Of a stretch of DNA of 46,804 nucleotides, positions 7,573 to 17,503 are shown in pieces. The notes beneath the pieces were generated by a model that saw only the letters and a list, made by a program, of their open reading frames with translations, ran no database searches and was not told the origin of the DNA. Numbering within the stretch: the stretch's first letter is position 1; every line of letters begins with the position of its first letter. Source of the stretch: an uncultured Desulfovibrionaceae bacterium (GTDB lineage: Bacteria > Desulfobacterota > Desulfovibrionia > Desulfovibrionales > Desulfovibrionaceae); assembly GCA_964370095.1 (NCBI GenBank), contig CAYJHJ010000007.1:1-46804 (forward strand), written 5' to 3'. A program made the translations under genes and the position numbers.

Positions 7573-9291
7573 ATGAACATTTTTGTTCCCCTAAAGAAAC
7601 AACATCATCTACCAAAAGCAGCAAAAAATTCTTTTTACACTTTATGCAGTGTATTTGTTTTTTGCTCACTTCTGCTTTCCGGTTGCGCAACAAAAGAAGT
7701 AAGTAACGTATACCCTGTTCAAGTTGAAAAGGCAAGCTGGATAAAAGAGCATCCAACCGGTTTTTCAGAAAAAGATCTTGCATCTATTTCTATGAGCGAC
7801 ACACAAAAAGAAATCTTTTTGCGCTTTACAGAGCTTGAATTAGGGCTTTCAAAAAGACAATTATTTGAAATTGCAGAATATTATAAAGCATACCTTAATA
7901 ATAAATCTCGTATGGAAGAATTTTTAGGGCGCTCTCAAGCATATCTTCCTTATATCCATGAAGTTTTTTCTGAACGTGATATGCCTGCAGATTTAGCTTA
8001 TCTTGCCTATCTTGAAAGCGGCTTTAAGGTTAAAGCAAGGTCCCACGCAGGTGCCCAAGGCATTTGGCAATTTATGCCAAGAACAGGCGAAAGTTTTGGC
8101 TTAGAGCAGGATTGGTTTGGCGATTGGAGGCATGACCCCTATATTTCAACACAGGCTGCAGCAGATTATCTTGATTATTTGAATAATTTATTCGACGATT
8201 GGCTTTTAGCTGTAAGTGCTTATAATGCAGGAGAAGGAAAAATTGGCAGAGCTTTAGATGAAACAGGTGCACAAACCTTAGATGAACTTGTTGTAAGAAA
8301 TTCTCAGCTCAAAGGAAAAGTGAAAATCAAAGATGAAACCTTAGAATATATTCCGCGTTTTATTGCTTTGAAAAAAATTATGATGTATTCACAAGAACTT
8401 GGATTAAAACCAAATTATCAAGACGTGGCAAATCTTCATCATGAAGTTCACAGCGTTCTTGTAGATACAAATACCGATTTATTGGCTGTTGTAAAAAGTA
8501 TTGGCATGAGCTGGGAAGAATTTCATCAATATAATCCTGCACTTAAATCTTATGTTAGCCCATCTGATAGACTGATATATGTGCACATTCCTGCCTATAA
8601 AGAAGAAGAATTTGAATATGCAGTCAAGCAAAGTCATGCTCATGAAGGTTATCATCTTTATACAATAAGAAAAAATGATACTTACAGTAAAATCAGTAAA
8701 AACTCCGGCATACCTAGCTATATTTTACAACAAGCAAACTCTTCACAAAAATTGATAACCGGCAAAACTATTGTTATTCCAAAACCTGTGGGCAAAAATC
8801 TTCCTAGTAAGATCACCTCTACTTCTGTTGAATCTGTGCAAATTGCAAGCAATGCACCTGCTAAAAGTTCAAATGAAGCTGTAGTTTCAAGTGCTCAAGC
8901 AACAATAAAAGCATCAAGCCCCAAAAAAGAAGTGGCTAAAAGCGAAAAAAGCACAAGAACCCTTAATGTTGACGGCACTTATAAAGTGAAGTCAGGCGAT
9001 ACTCTTTATTCCATATCCCGTGAGTTCAATGTTTCTTTAGATGAAGTTTATAAGATGAATAAAGGGCTTAGTGCAAAAAGCTTGAAAGCAGGTTCAATTA
9101 TCAAAGTTCAAAAGGAAAGTAATATTAAGGAAATTGCATTAAATACAAGTCAAAGTTATAAAGTCAAATCAGGCGATACTTTATGGTCAATTGCCAGAAA
9201 AAACGACACTAATGTTGATACAGTGATGAAAATAAACAATCTGAGCAGCTCTTCAAAAATCAAAGCAGGGCAAACACTTATACTTCCATAA
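7573..9291 (+). CDS. mltD: Membrane-bound lytic murein transglycosylase D-like lipoprotein with LysM repeats
   Basis: I place the start at ATG 7573 (AAGGAG at 7561-7566). The product has a lipobox LLLSGC, the SLT catalytic region ..YLESGFKVKARSHAGAQGIWQFMPRTG.., and at least three C-terminal LysM repeats (YKVKSGDTLYSISREF.., YKVKSGDTLWSIARKN..). The ORF-track start at 7252 is an antisense-to-rlmB extension. Confidence 0.9.
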   Translation: MNIFVPLKKQHHLPKAAKNSFYTLCSVFVFCSLLLSGCATKEVSNVYPVQVEKASWIKEHPTGFSEKDLASISMSDTQKEIFLRFTELELGLSKRQLFEIAEYYKAYLNNKSRMEEFLGRSQAYLPYIHEVFSERDMPADLAYLAYLESGFKVKARSHAGAQGIWQFMPRTGESFGLEQDWFGDWRHDPYISTQAAADYLDYLNNLFDDWLLAVSAYNAGEGKIGRALDETGAQTLDELVVRNSQLKGKVKIKDETLEYIPRFIALKKIMMYSQELGLKPNYQDVANLHHEVHSVLVDTNTDLLAVVKSIGMSWEEFHQYNPALKSYVSPSDRLIYVHIPAYKEEEFEYAVKQSHAHEGYHLYTIRKNDTYSKISKNSGIPSYILQQANSSQKLITGKTIVIPKPVGKNLPSKITSTSVESVQIASNAPAKSSNEAVVSSAQATIKASSPKKEVAKSEKSTRTLNVDGTYKVKSGDTLYSISREFNVSLDEVYKMNKGLSAKSLKAGSIIKVQKESNIKEIALNTSQSYKVKSGDTLWSIARKNDTNVDTVMKINNLSSSSKIKAGQTLILP

Positions 9292-9316
9292 CACAATAAA
9301 AAACCACAAAATAAAG

Positions 9317-9349
9317 AAAACCTATTTCTTCCAAGAAATAGGTTTTTTC
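9317..9349 (+). terminator. Rho-independent terminator after mltD
   Basis: AAAACCTATTTCT (9317-9329) pairs with AGAAATAGGTTTT (9334-9346), followed by a T-run. Confidence 0.8.
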
Positions 9350-9426
9350 GTTAAAAATCACTATACAAATTATTAAAGCTGTCTTATATAATAAATGTTC
9401 AATAAAATTTTGATAAGGAATCAATT

Positions 9427-12099
9427 ATGAAAAAACATAAATATATATATAAGCTCATGTTACTTTTAGCCATTTTTCTCCTGACAAATACAGCGTCTTA
9501 TGCTGAAAATAATGTAACTGTTCTCAAAAATGGTTTAAGGGTGCTTGTGAAAGAAGATAGCCGCTTCCCTCTTGCTTCCGTGCGTTTATATGTACATGCA
9601 GGCGGAGCGTATGAAAGCGAAGATAAAGCAGGCATGAGCCACTTGCTTGAGCATATGGTTTTTCGTGGAACATCAAAAAGACCTGATGGATCGGTTGCTA
9701 AAGAAATGAAGGCTATAGGCGGAAATTTCAATGCTTATACCTCAGCTGACGAAACCGTATATTATACAAATGTTCCCTCAAGCGAATGGAAGAAAGGGCT
9801 TGATATAGTTGGGGATATGGCTTTTAATGCTTTGCTTGATCCAAAAATTTTAGAAGAAGAAAAAGAAGTGGTTTATGCTGAAATGGGGCAAAGACGTGAA
9901 GACCCTCACATGAAAATTTATGAAGACAGCATTGCACTTGCTTTAGATAATACACCTTATCGCTTTGGCGTGCTTGGCACAAAAGAAACCGTTGCCAGCG
10001 TAAGTGTTGAAGATTTAAAAAAATACATCAATACTTATTATAACCCTCAAAATATGCTCTTGGTAGTTGTTGGTGATGTGAAAAAACAAGAGGTGATTGA
10101 AGAAGCAGAAAGATATTTTTCAAGCATGGAAAATAAAGAAATACAGCTCTTCCCTTCTTCTGTTGAACTTCCTTTATTTAATGAAACAAAGCTTGAAATT
10201 GCAAAAAACCCAAATTCCAATGTTTTATTAAATCTTTCCTTTCCAACACCTTCAATTTATGATGAAAGCTCAAACAGCCTTGATATTCTTGCACTTCTTT
10301 TAGGCGGGCTTGACACTTCTTTATTAAAAAAGAAATTTGAAAGAGATGAAAAAATAGTCAATAGTATAGCTGCGTATAATATTGGTTATAATCGCGTATC
10401 ATTATTTACTATTTCTGTTGATTTAGAAAAAGAAAATCTTGAGAGATTTATGCTTGAAATCATCCCTTTACTTGCAAATCTTTCAGCAGATGATTTCACG
10501 CAAAAGCAGCTAGATACAGCAAAGTTCCTCTATGAAACCAGTTTTGAAAGAAGAAAGAGCACTGTTGAAGGCTATGCACGTTTACTTGGGGACAGCGAAT
10601 TTGCTTCACCCGGTGAATTTAGCATTGAAAACTATCTTTATTCTATAGAGCAAATCAATAATTCAAATATTCAAAAAGCTATTGATATGTATATAAAACC
10701 TTCAAACATGGCTATAAATCTTCTTCTTCCCGAAGAAATGATAACTGAAAATAAAATACCAAACTTCTTGGAAGCAGTTGAAGCAAATTGGGTTGAAGAT
10801 AATTCCATGTCTAATATTATAGCTGATGCCGTTTATTACAAATCTATCTTACCTGAAAATGTGAAAATTATCGAAGAAAGCGAAGACCGTTTGGTGCTGG
10901 AATATGCAAAAGGTTCACAACTCATCTTATTATTTGATGAAACCATGCCCTTTTTCTCTGCCGAACTTAAATTCTTAGGCGGAAATTCTTTATTGTTAAA
11001 AGAAAACGAAGGGCTTTCTTCAATGCTTGATTCCATGCTTACAGAAGCTACAGAAAAACTTGATAGAGAAGCTTTTTCAGCCTATTTATCAGAAAAAGCC
11101 ATTGGCATAAGTGCAAGTGCAACGCGTGAATCCTTTAATCTTAACCTTGATGCTCCGACAAAGTTTGAAAAAGAAGCCTTTAATCAGCTTTCAGAAGTTA
11201 TTAATCATCCTGCTTTTGCTGAAAAAGACTGGGCAAATGTGAAAGAAAGCTTAAAGGCAGATGCAAGACAAAGGGCTGAAAATCCTGCTTCTTTGCTTTT
11301 CAGCGAAATCTATCCATCAATTTTTTCAGATGACAATGTCTATGGTTATAAGCTGTTGGTTTCAGAGGATAAAATTGAATCTTTTACCCTAAATGAAGTA
11401 AAAGAACTGTGGCAAGTGCAAATGCAAAAACCTTGGATTTTAACAGTTGCCGGCGATTTTGATTTGATAAATGTACTTGAATTTGCAAAGCAGCTCCCTC
11501 TAAATAATGATGAAATTCAACTGGCTAAAGCACCTAATTGGCAAGAAAACAAGAAGAAAACCTTTGTTCTTGAAGATAAAAACCACGCCTATATCATGCA
11601 GCTTTTCCCTACTGTGCCCTATACACACGAAGATTCCGCAGCTCTTGCTGTTCTAAACAATGTTTTAGGTGATATGTCTGGGCTATTATTTATGGAAGTG
11701 CGCGAAAAAAGAGGGCTTGCTTATCAAGCTGCTCCAATAAATCTTGCAAGCCCAAAAGCGGGGGCACTTGCTTTTTATGTAAACACAGCACTAGAAAACG
11801 AAGATAAGATTTTGCCTGTTTTTGAGATTATCATCAAAGATTTACAAAATGACCCCTTACCAAAAGATGTGATTGACGCAGCAAAATTATCTATAAAAAC
11901 GGATTATATAGCTAAAAAACAATCCTTAGCTGCAAGAGTATCTGAAGCTGCAACCAATAGGTTCCTTGGCAGAGATTTAGACTATGATGCTAAATTTATT
12001 GATGAAGTTCAAAAGATTACAGCTGAAGATGTGCAAAAAGTAGCCCAAAAATATCTTTTACCGCAAGAATCCTATATAATCAAAGTAACTTCAAATTAG
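9427..12099 (+). CDS. Secreted M16 (pitrilysin/insulinase) family zinc peptidase, fused double-unit form
   Basis: 890 aa with a signal peptide and the inverted zinc motif HLLEHMVFRGT in the first unit. The second M16 unit has no HxxEH. Confidence 0.88.
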   Translation: MKKHKYIYKLMLLLAIFLLTNTASYAENNVTVLKNGLRVLVKEDSRFPLASVRLYVHAGGAYESEDKAGMSHLLEHMVFRGTSKRPDGSVAKEMKAIGGNFNAYTSADETVYYTNVPSSEWKKGLDIVGDMAFNALLDPKILEEEKEVVYAEMGQRREDPHMKIYEDSIALALDNTPYRFGVLGTKETVASVSVEDLKKYINTYYNPQNMLLVVVGDVKKQEVIEEAERYFSSMENKEIQLFPSSVELPLFNETKLEIAKNPNSNVLLNLSFPTPSIYDESSNSLDILALLLGGLDTSLLKKKFERDEKIVNSIAAYNIGYNRVSLFTISVDLEKENLERFMLEIIPLLANLSADDFTQKQLDTAKFLYETSFERRKSTVEGYARLLGDSEFASPGEFSIENYLYSIEQINNSNIQKAIDMYIKPSNMAINLLLPEEMITENKIPNFLEAVEANWVEDNSMSNIIADAVYYKSILPENVKIIEESEDRLVLEYAKGSQLILLFDETMPFFSAELKFLGGNSLLLKENEGLSSMLDSMLTEATEKLDREAFSAYLSEKAIGISASATRESFNLNLDAPTKFEKEAFNQLSEVINHPAFAEKDWANVKESLKADARQRAENPASLLFSEIYPSIFSDDNVYGYKLLVSEDKIESFTLNEVKELWQVQMQKPWILTVAGDFDLINVLEFAKQLPLNNDEIQLAKAPNWQENKKKTFVLEDKNHAYIMQLFPTVPYTHEDSAALAVLNNVLGDMSGLLFMEVREKRGLAYQAAPINLASPKAGALAFYVNTALENEDKILPVFEIIIKDLQNDPLPKDVIDAAKLSIKTDYIAKKQSLAARVSEAATNRFLGRDLDYDAKFIDEVQKITAEDVQKVAQKYLLPQESYIIKVTSN

Positions 12100-12115
12100 A
12101 ACTCACATAAAATCG

Positions 12116-14089
12116 ATGGAAAAACCGGACAATAACAGCCTGCCCACATCACCCGGTGTGTATCTTTATAAAGATAAGAACAATAAAATTATCTATGTGG
12201 GAAAGGCTATAAATATAAGAAAACGCGTGCTTTCTTATTTTAGGCCTGAGCATACTCTTACCTCAAAAACAGTGCTCATGCTTTCGCACGCCGTTTGCCT
12301 TGATACAATAAGCACCACAACAGAAAAAGAAGCTCTCTTGCTTGAAGCTTCCTTGATTAAAAAGCACAGGCCGCGCTATAATATTGTCCTGCGTGATGAC
12401 AAACAATATGTTTTATATAAATTTTCTGTGAAAGATCCCTTCCCTCGCCTCGAAATCACCAGAGCTGTGAAAAAAGACGGTGCTAAATATTATGGCCCCT
12501 TTACTTCCGGTTTTTCAGCAAAGGAAACATGGAAAAATATACATAGGCTTTTCCCTTTAAGGCGTTGCAATGAAAGATCTTTTTCTAATCGCACACGCCC
12601 TTGCCTTTATCATTATATCAATCAATGCCTAGCTCCTTGCACTGAAAATGTCAGTAAAGAAGAATATGCTAAAATTGTTCATAAAGTAAGCCTGCTTTTA
12701 TCAGGCAAATCAGCACAATTGCACGAAGAGCTTGAAAAAAATATGCTTCTTGCTGCTGAAAATTTAGACTTTGAAGAAGCTGCACTTTACAGAGATCAAA
12801 TACAAGCACTTGAAAAAACACTTGAAAAACAAAGCACTGTACTTCCTGATGCAAAAGATATGGACGTGATTGGAATTATTCAAGCAAAAGAAGGGCTTTG
12901 CCTTGGGCTCATTTTTGTCAGAAATGGCATGATGATTGATTCAAGAACCTTTTATTGGCAAGGACTCAGCTTTGAAGAATCCCACGAACTTTTACTCACT
13001 TTTCTCACACAGTATTATGCAAATGCCTATATACCACAGCACATTATCTTACCTTTTTTGCCTTTGCACACCCATGAAACGGAATATATGAACGGCAACG
13101 AAGAACAGGCTTCAGAAGAACTGCATTTATTGGCAGAATCGTTCAGCGAAATGCGTGAGCAAAACCTTCACCTTCATAAAGACAACAATCTTGCAAATAA
13201 TAAAAATTCAAAATCATTTCAGCAAGTTCGTATTCGCTTAGCAAAAAGCTTGGAAGAAAATAAGCTTATAGAAATTGCTCATGCAAATGCAAAAGAGCAT
13301 ATACGCTCAAAAGAAGACGTGGCTATTGGCGATATCTTGTTGCCGTATTTTACTGCTGATAAGAAAATAAAAACAATAGAAAGCATTTCAAAAATCGAAT
13401 GTGTTGATGTTTCGCATACTTTTGGTAAGGCGACAAAGGTGGGTATGGTGGTTTTTGAAAATGGAAAAGAACTGAAAGAAGAATACAGGGCTTGGAATAT
13501 TGAAGCAAATGGTGATGATTATCAAGCACTTGCAACTTGGGCAAAACTAAGAATAGAAAGAACTATTGAAGGCAGGGCTACTTTTCCCGACCTTATTTTA
13601 ATTGACGGCGGAAAAGGTCAATTATCTGCGGTTTATACTGTGTTTTTAGATGTTTATAATACCATGATAAAGCCTGAAGATAATTCTTTGCCTTTTTATG
13701 TGGCTTCAATAGCAAAAGCAAGAGATGATGAGGGCAAACAAGATAGAAGAGCCGGTAATGTTTCAGACAGAATTTTTGTCCCGAACAGAACTAATCCGCT
13801 CAGTATAAGGGCAGGTTCACAAGAATTACTCTACCTTCAAAAAATAAGAGATGCCGCCCATAATTATTCTATTAAAAAACACAGGCAAGCAAGAACAAAA
13901 CTTGCCTTGCAGTCGGAACTTCAAAGACTTCAAGGTGTTGGTGAAAAAACAATAGAAGCTTTGTGGAAACATTTTTCAAATATAGATACTCTTTTAAAGG
14001 CAAGCCCCGAAGAGTTAGCTAAAATCCCCAATATTTCAATAAAAAGAGCGAAAGATTTGCACGCGAAATTACAAACTATCAACAAATAG
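12116..14089 (+). CDS. uvrC: Excinuclease ABC subunit C
   Basis: GIY-YIG N-terminus (GVYLYKDKNNKIIYVGKA..RV..Y), UVR domain (..FEEAALYRDQIQAL..), an RNase-H-like endonuclease domain and a C-terminal (HhH)2. There is a roughly 50-aa low-complexity insertion mid-protein. Confidence 0.93.
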   Translation: MEKPDNNSLPTSPGVYLYKDKNNKIIYVGKAINIRKRVLSYFRPEHTLTSKTVLMLSHAVCLDTISTTTEKEALLLEASLIKKHRPRYNIVLRDDKQYVLYKFSVKDPFPRLEITRAVKKDGAKYYGPFTSGFSAKETWKNIHRLFPLRRCNERSFSNRTRPCLYHYINQCLAPCTENVSKEEYAKIVHKVSLLLSGKSAQLHEELEKNMLLAAENLDFEEAALYRDQIQALEKTLEKQSTVLPDAKDMDVIGIIQAKEGLCLGLIFVRNGMMIDSRTFYWQGLSFEESHELLLTFLTQYYANAYIPQHIILPFLPLHTHETEYMNGNEEQASEELHLLAESFSEMREQNLHLHKDNNLANNKNSKSFQQVRIRLAKSLEENKLIEIAHANAKEHIRSKEDVAIGDILLPYFTADKKIKTIESISKIECVDVSHTFGKATKVGMVVFENGKELKEEYRAWNIEANGDDYQALATWAKLRIERTIEGRATFPDLILIDGGKGQLSAVYTVFLDVYNTMIKPEDNSLPFYVASIAKARDDEGKQDRRAGNVSDRIFVPNRTNPLSIRAGSQELLYLQKIRDAAHNYSIKKHRQARTKLALQSELQRLQGVGEKTIEALWKHFSNIDTLLKASPEELAKIPNISIKRAKDLHAKLQTINK

Positions 14090-14121
14090 CTATAAGGAGA
14101 ATATAAGCTCTCTAAAGTGCT

Positions 14122-14859
14122 CTAAATCATTTTTTTCAGTTTATCCAACTCATTAGCACTAAGTTCATAAACACCTCTTGGGGGAATATTTCCTAATTGA
14201 AAAGGCCCGTGCGAAATACGCATAAGTCTTAAAATAGTCAGCCCCATTTCATTGCACATACGTCTGATTTGTCTGTTTATTCCTTGATGTAGGGTGAATT
14301 CAATGTCGTATTCATCTTCATAGCCTTTACGCTGCGGAAAGACTTTTGTTTCAACAGGAGCAAGCAAGGTGCCATCTTCTAGTTTCATACCCTTATTCAT
14401 AATAGAAAGTATTCGATTGATGTCTTTTTGTTCATCATTTCGCACTCTTACTCTATAGATTCTTTCATGGTCGTGCTTTGGGTGCATAAGTTTATTAGCC
14501 AAATCACCGTCATTGGTAAGCAGAATAAGCCCCTCAGAAAAATAATCAAGCCTACCAACAGGATAAAGCCTAAATTTTTTGTATTTTGCGGGAAGAAGAT
14601 CTAAAACCGTCATGCGCCCCTCAGGGTCAGATACGGTTGAAACTACTTGAACGGGTTTATGAACAATAAGGCAGACAGTTTCTTGCTTATTTGAAATTAC
14701 TTTATTGTCAACAGATACAATGTCATTTGCTTCAACACTCATGCCTTGCCTTGCTAATACATTGTTTATCTTTACTCTTTTCGTTTCAATTAATTCATCG
14801 GCAGCTCGTCTTGAGCAAAGGCCTGAGTCTGCAATATACTTATTTAGGCGAATTCCCAT
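14122..14859 (-). CDS. rluB: RsuA/RluB-family rRNA pseudouridine synthase
   Basis: S4 domain (IRLNKYIADSGLCSRRAADELI) and the catalytic motif GRLDYFSEGLILLTNDG. Confidence 0.88.
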   Translation of the reverse strand: MGIRLNKYIADSGLCSRRAADELIETKRVKINNVLARQGMSVEANDIVSVDNKVISNKQETVCLIVHKPVQVVSTVSDPEGRMTVLDLLPAKYKKFRLYPVGRLDYFSEGLILLTNDGDLANKLMHPKHDHERIYRVRVRNDEQKDINRILSIMNKGMKLEDGTLLAPVETKVFPQRKGYEDEYDIEFTLHQGINRQIRRMCNEMGLTILRLMRISHGPFQLGNIPPRGVYELSANELDKLKKMI

Positions 14860-15092
14860 TATATATCCTTGAAATTACAAAAAATTTTTTTTTAATTTGC
14901 ATTTGCTTTTTCTTAGTATGTAGGCTATATTGAAAAAGGTCAAGAAAGAAATATCATGTAAAATTTTTATTAATTGACTTTTATATATTTATAATAAGAA
15001 GGTAACTTCCCATAACTAAAAATGAACGAATCAGAAGAATAAAAAAATGGATTAATCCTTTCTTAATCTTCCCTTTATATTGTTTTTATAAA

Positions 15093-15686
15093 TTGCTCAC
15101 GGCCACTTTAAGATATAAAGAATATGGGCGTGAACATTTAGACGCATTAAATAAAAATAAAGAAATTGCAGTCATATCTTTATGGCATGATGAGCTTTTT
15201 CCTTTGGCTGCTTTAAGAAATGATTTAAAGATTGTTACAGTCGTAAGCCCAAGTGTTGACGGCTCTTTTCTTGCAGATACTTTAGAAAAGCTTGGGGCCA
15301 GAACAGTGCGTGGTTCAAGCACAAGGCAGGGAATGAAGGCTTTATTACAAGCTGTAAAACTTATGCGCGACGAAAAGTTTCATGCATGTGTTACAATTGA
15401 CGGGCCTTTAGGCCCAAGACATAAAGCAAAAGATGGGGCTATTTTTTTAGCTCACAAAGCAAAAGCATATGTAGTGCCTGTTCGTATTATTATGCATAAT
15501 TGCTATACTTTTAATACATGGGATAAGTTTAAAATCCCATTGCCTTTCAGCAAAGTTTCCTTGTTTTGTGCAAAACCCTATCTTGTTGAAGCGGAAGAAT
15601 TAACAGAAGAAGTCCTTTTGGCAGAAAAATTAAAATTAGAGCAAACACTTGAAAACCTTAACGGGAATAAATATGACACACAGTAA
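15093..15686 (+). CDS. DUF374-domain protein (lipid A/Kdo-associated acyltransferase-like family); N-terminus uncertain
   Basis: ..LWHDELFPL..VSPSVDGSFLADTLEKLGARTVRGSSTRQG..DGPLGPRHKAKDGAIFLA.. matches my recollection of the DUF374 family, which is usually adjacent to lpxL or waaA. The only canonical in-frame start is TTG 15093. The frame is open from 15006 and encodes the hydrophobic segment expected at the family N-terminus. Confidence 0.7.
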   Translation: MLTATLRYKEYGREHLDALNKNKEIAVISLWHDELFPLAALRNDLKIVTVVSPSVDGSFLADTLEKLGARTVRGSSTRQGMKALLQAVKLMRDEKFHACVTIDGPLGPRHKAKDGAIFLAHKAKAYVVPVRIIMHNCYTFNTWDKFKIPLPFSKVSLFCAKPYLVEAEELTEEVLLAEKLKLEQTLENLNGNKYDTQ

Positions 15687-16572
15687 TGATTTAAATTTTT
15701 ACCAGAGAGTTCAATATATTTTGCTTGTTTCTATGGGAAAGTTTTTTGCTTTCTTAGGTTTTTCTTTTGCAAAATATTTTGGAAATTTTATTGGTTTTTT
15801 GCTATGGCATTTACTTGTGCGAAGAAGGAATATAGCCATAAGCAATATTCATAGGCGTTTAAACTATTCTAAAAAAGATGCAAGAAAAATTGCTTATGCA
15901 TCATTTAAAAATAGTGCCCGATCTTTTATTGAGATTACGCTTGTAAAATCTTTTTCTTTAAATCCTATACGCACGCAGCTTAAAATCACTGAACCTGAAT
16001 TATTTAAAAAGATGAAAGACCTTGATTCTTCTTATATTTTAGCAACAGCTCATATGGGAGCTTGGGAATTTATGTCTGCTGTTATGGCTGATTTGCACTT
16101 GGGCACAAGGCCACTTCTTATTGTTGCAAGAAAATACCCTAACCCTGCTGTGCAAAAATTCATTGCAAAAAATCGTGAATCGCATGGTGCAACAATGCTT
16201 GGGCATAAAATGATTGCTCCTGCTGTTTTGAAAGCTTTAAAGCGTAAAGGCGGTGTTGGTTTTTTAGTAGATCACAGAGCTTTACCGCACGAAGCTATTC
16301 AACTAAGCTTTTTAGGAAGGCAAACAGCAGTAAATATGGGCCCTGCCCTCTTGGCTTTGCGTGGCAATGCTGTTGTTGTTCCTTCATTTATTCTTCGAGA
16401 TAAAGAAGGCTATGTTCTTCATTTTCAAGATTTCCTTGATACAAGAGAACTTGAAGGCACTCGTGAAGAAAAAATAGAAATAATAGCAGAATTCTATACT
16501 GCAGCTGTTGAAAAAGTTATCAGAAAATATCCTGAACAATGGTTTTGGATGCATAACCGTTGGAAAGATTGA
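15673..16572 (+). CDS. lpxL: Lipid A biosynthesis (Kdo2-lipid IVA) lauroyl/late acyltransferase, LpxL/HtrB family
   Basis: N-terminal TM segment, an H-x4-E/D acyltransferase motif (ATAHMGAWEF), and the family-typical C-terminus PEQWFWMHNRWK. I prefer ATG 15673 (a 14-nt overlap with the upstream gene) over TTG 15649. Confidence 0.85.
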   Translation: MTHSNDLNFYQRVQYILLVSMGKFFAFLGFSFAKYFGNFIGFLLWHLLVRRRNIAISNIHRRLNYSKKDARKIAYASFKNSARSFIEITLVKSFSLNPIRTQLKITEPELFKKMKDLDSSYILATAHMGAWEFMSAVMADLHLGTRPLLIVARKYPNPAVQKFIAKNRESHGATMLGHKMIAPAVLKALKRKGGVGFLVDHRALPHEAIQLSFLGRQTAVNMGPALLALRGNAVVVPSFILRDKEGYVLHFQDFLDTRELEGTREEKIEIIAEFYTAAVEKVIRKYPEQWFWMHNRWKD

Positions 16573-16603
16573 TTGAATTATAAGAAGAGAATAAGAGATT
16601 ACT

Positions 16604-17426
16604 ATGCCACAAACCTTTCCCGATACCTTAATATTTAACTTGCCTAAAACCGGCTGCGATAGCCATGCTCATCTTGTTTACCCAAAACTTGCCGAAGACT
16701 TTGATGAAGTTGTTGAAAGAGCCTATCAAACAGGATTAAGTCATATAGGGCAGATTTTTCTTTCACCGCAATCATATTATGATAATATACATTTATTTGA
16801 AAAACACCCTAATATTTTCTTTACTATCGGCATACATCCAAACGATATTTCAAAAAAAATTTCATGAAGGCACAATTGAGGAACTACGTTCAATTATTCT
16901 TTCTGATAAACGCATGAAAGCTGTTGGTGAAATTGGACTTGACTTTTATCATGAAGATAATGATCCAAAAGAAGTTCAAGTAAAGGCTTTCAAAGAGCAA
17001 CTTCTTTTAGCAAAAGAGCTTGATTTGCCGGTGGTTATTCATTCAAGAGATGCTTTTGAAGATACTTTGGAAGTTTTAGATGAAATGAACTTCAAGGATT
17101 ATCCATTGGTATGGCATTGTTTTTGCGGAAATAAATCTCAAATTGATGAATTAAATCAAAGAGGTTTTTATATTTCAGTGCCGGGTTCCATCACCTATCC
17201 TGCAAACAAAGAAGCAAGGGCAGATATAATACATATTCCTACAGATAAGTTGCTTATTGAAACTGATTGCCCTTTTTTATCGCCGCAGGGTTGGCGTGGG
17301 CAAAGAAATGAACCTGCTTTAGTGGCTTTGGTGGCACAGAAAATTGCAGAATGTCGAGATATTGCTATTGATGAACTTTGGACAAAATGCGGTGATAACG
17401 CCAGAAGATTTTTCAGAATTTCATAG
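16604..17426 (+). pseudogene. tatD: TatD-family metal-dependent DNase/hydrolase interrupted by a +1 frameshift in an A8 run
   Basis: ORF 16604-16867 carries the N-terminal DSHAHL and GIHPND motifs. ORF frame 16779-17426 carries ..AVGEIGLDFY.., ..VVIHSRDA.., ..ETDCPFLSP... The frames join if one A is removed from A8 at 16852-16859, giving ..GIHPNDISKKFHEGTIEEL... Confidence 0.8.
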
Positions 17427-17440
17427 AAAATACAAATTTA

Positions 17441-17477
17441 AAAAAAGGAAGAAACATCAACTATTTCTTCCTTTTTT
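17441..17477. terminator. Bidirectional rho-independent terminator between tatD and cimA
   Basis: AAAAAAGGAAGAAA (17441-17454) pairs with TTTCTTCCTTTTTT (17464-17477), with a 9-nt loop. Confidence 0.8.
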
Positions 17478-17503
17478 AATATTCTTTTATAATGTGAATG
17501 CTA

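Noticed and set aside
16779-16851. The N-terminal 24 codons of the second tatD ORF (MIIYIYLKNTLIFSLLSAYIQTIFQ).
   Set aside because: This is an out-of-frame read-through of the first tatD segment, not a real N-terminus. True TatD sequence in this frame begins only after the A8 run.
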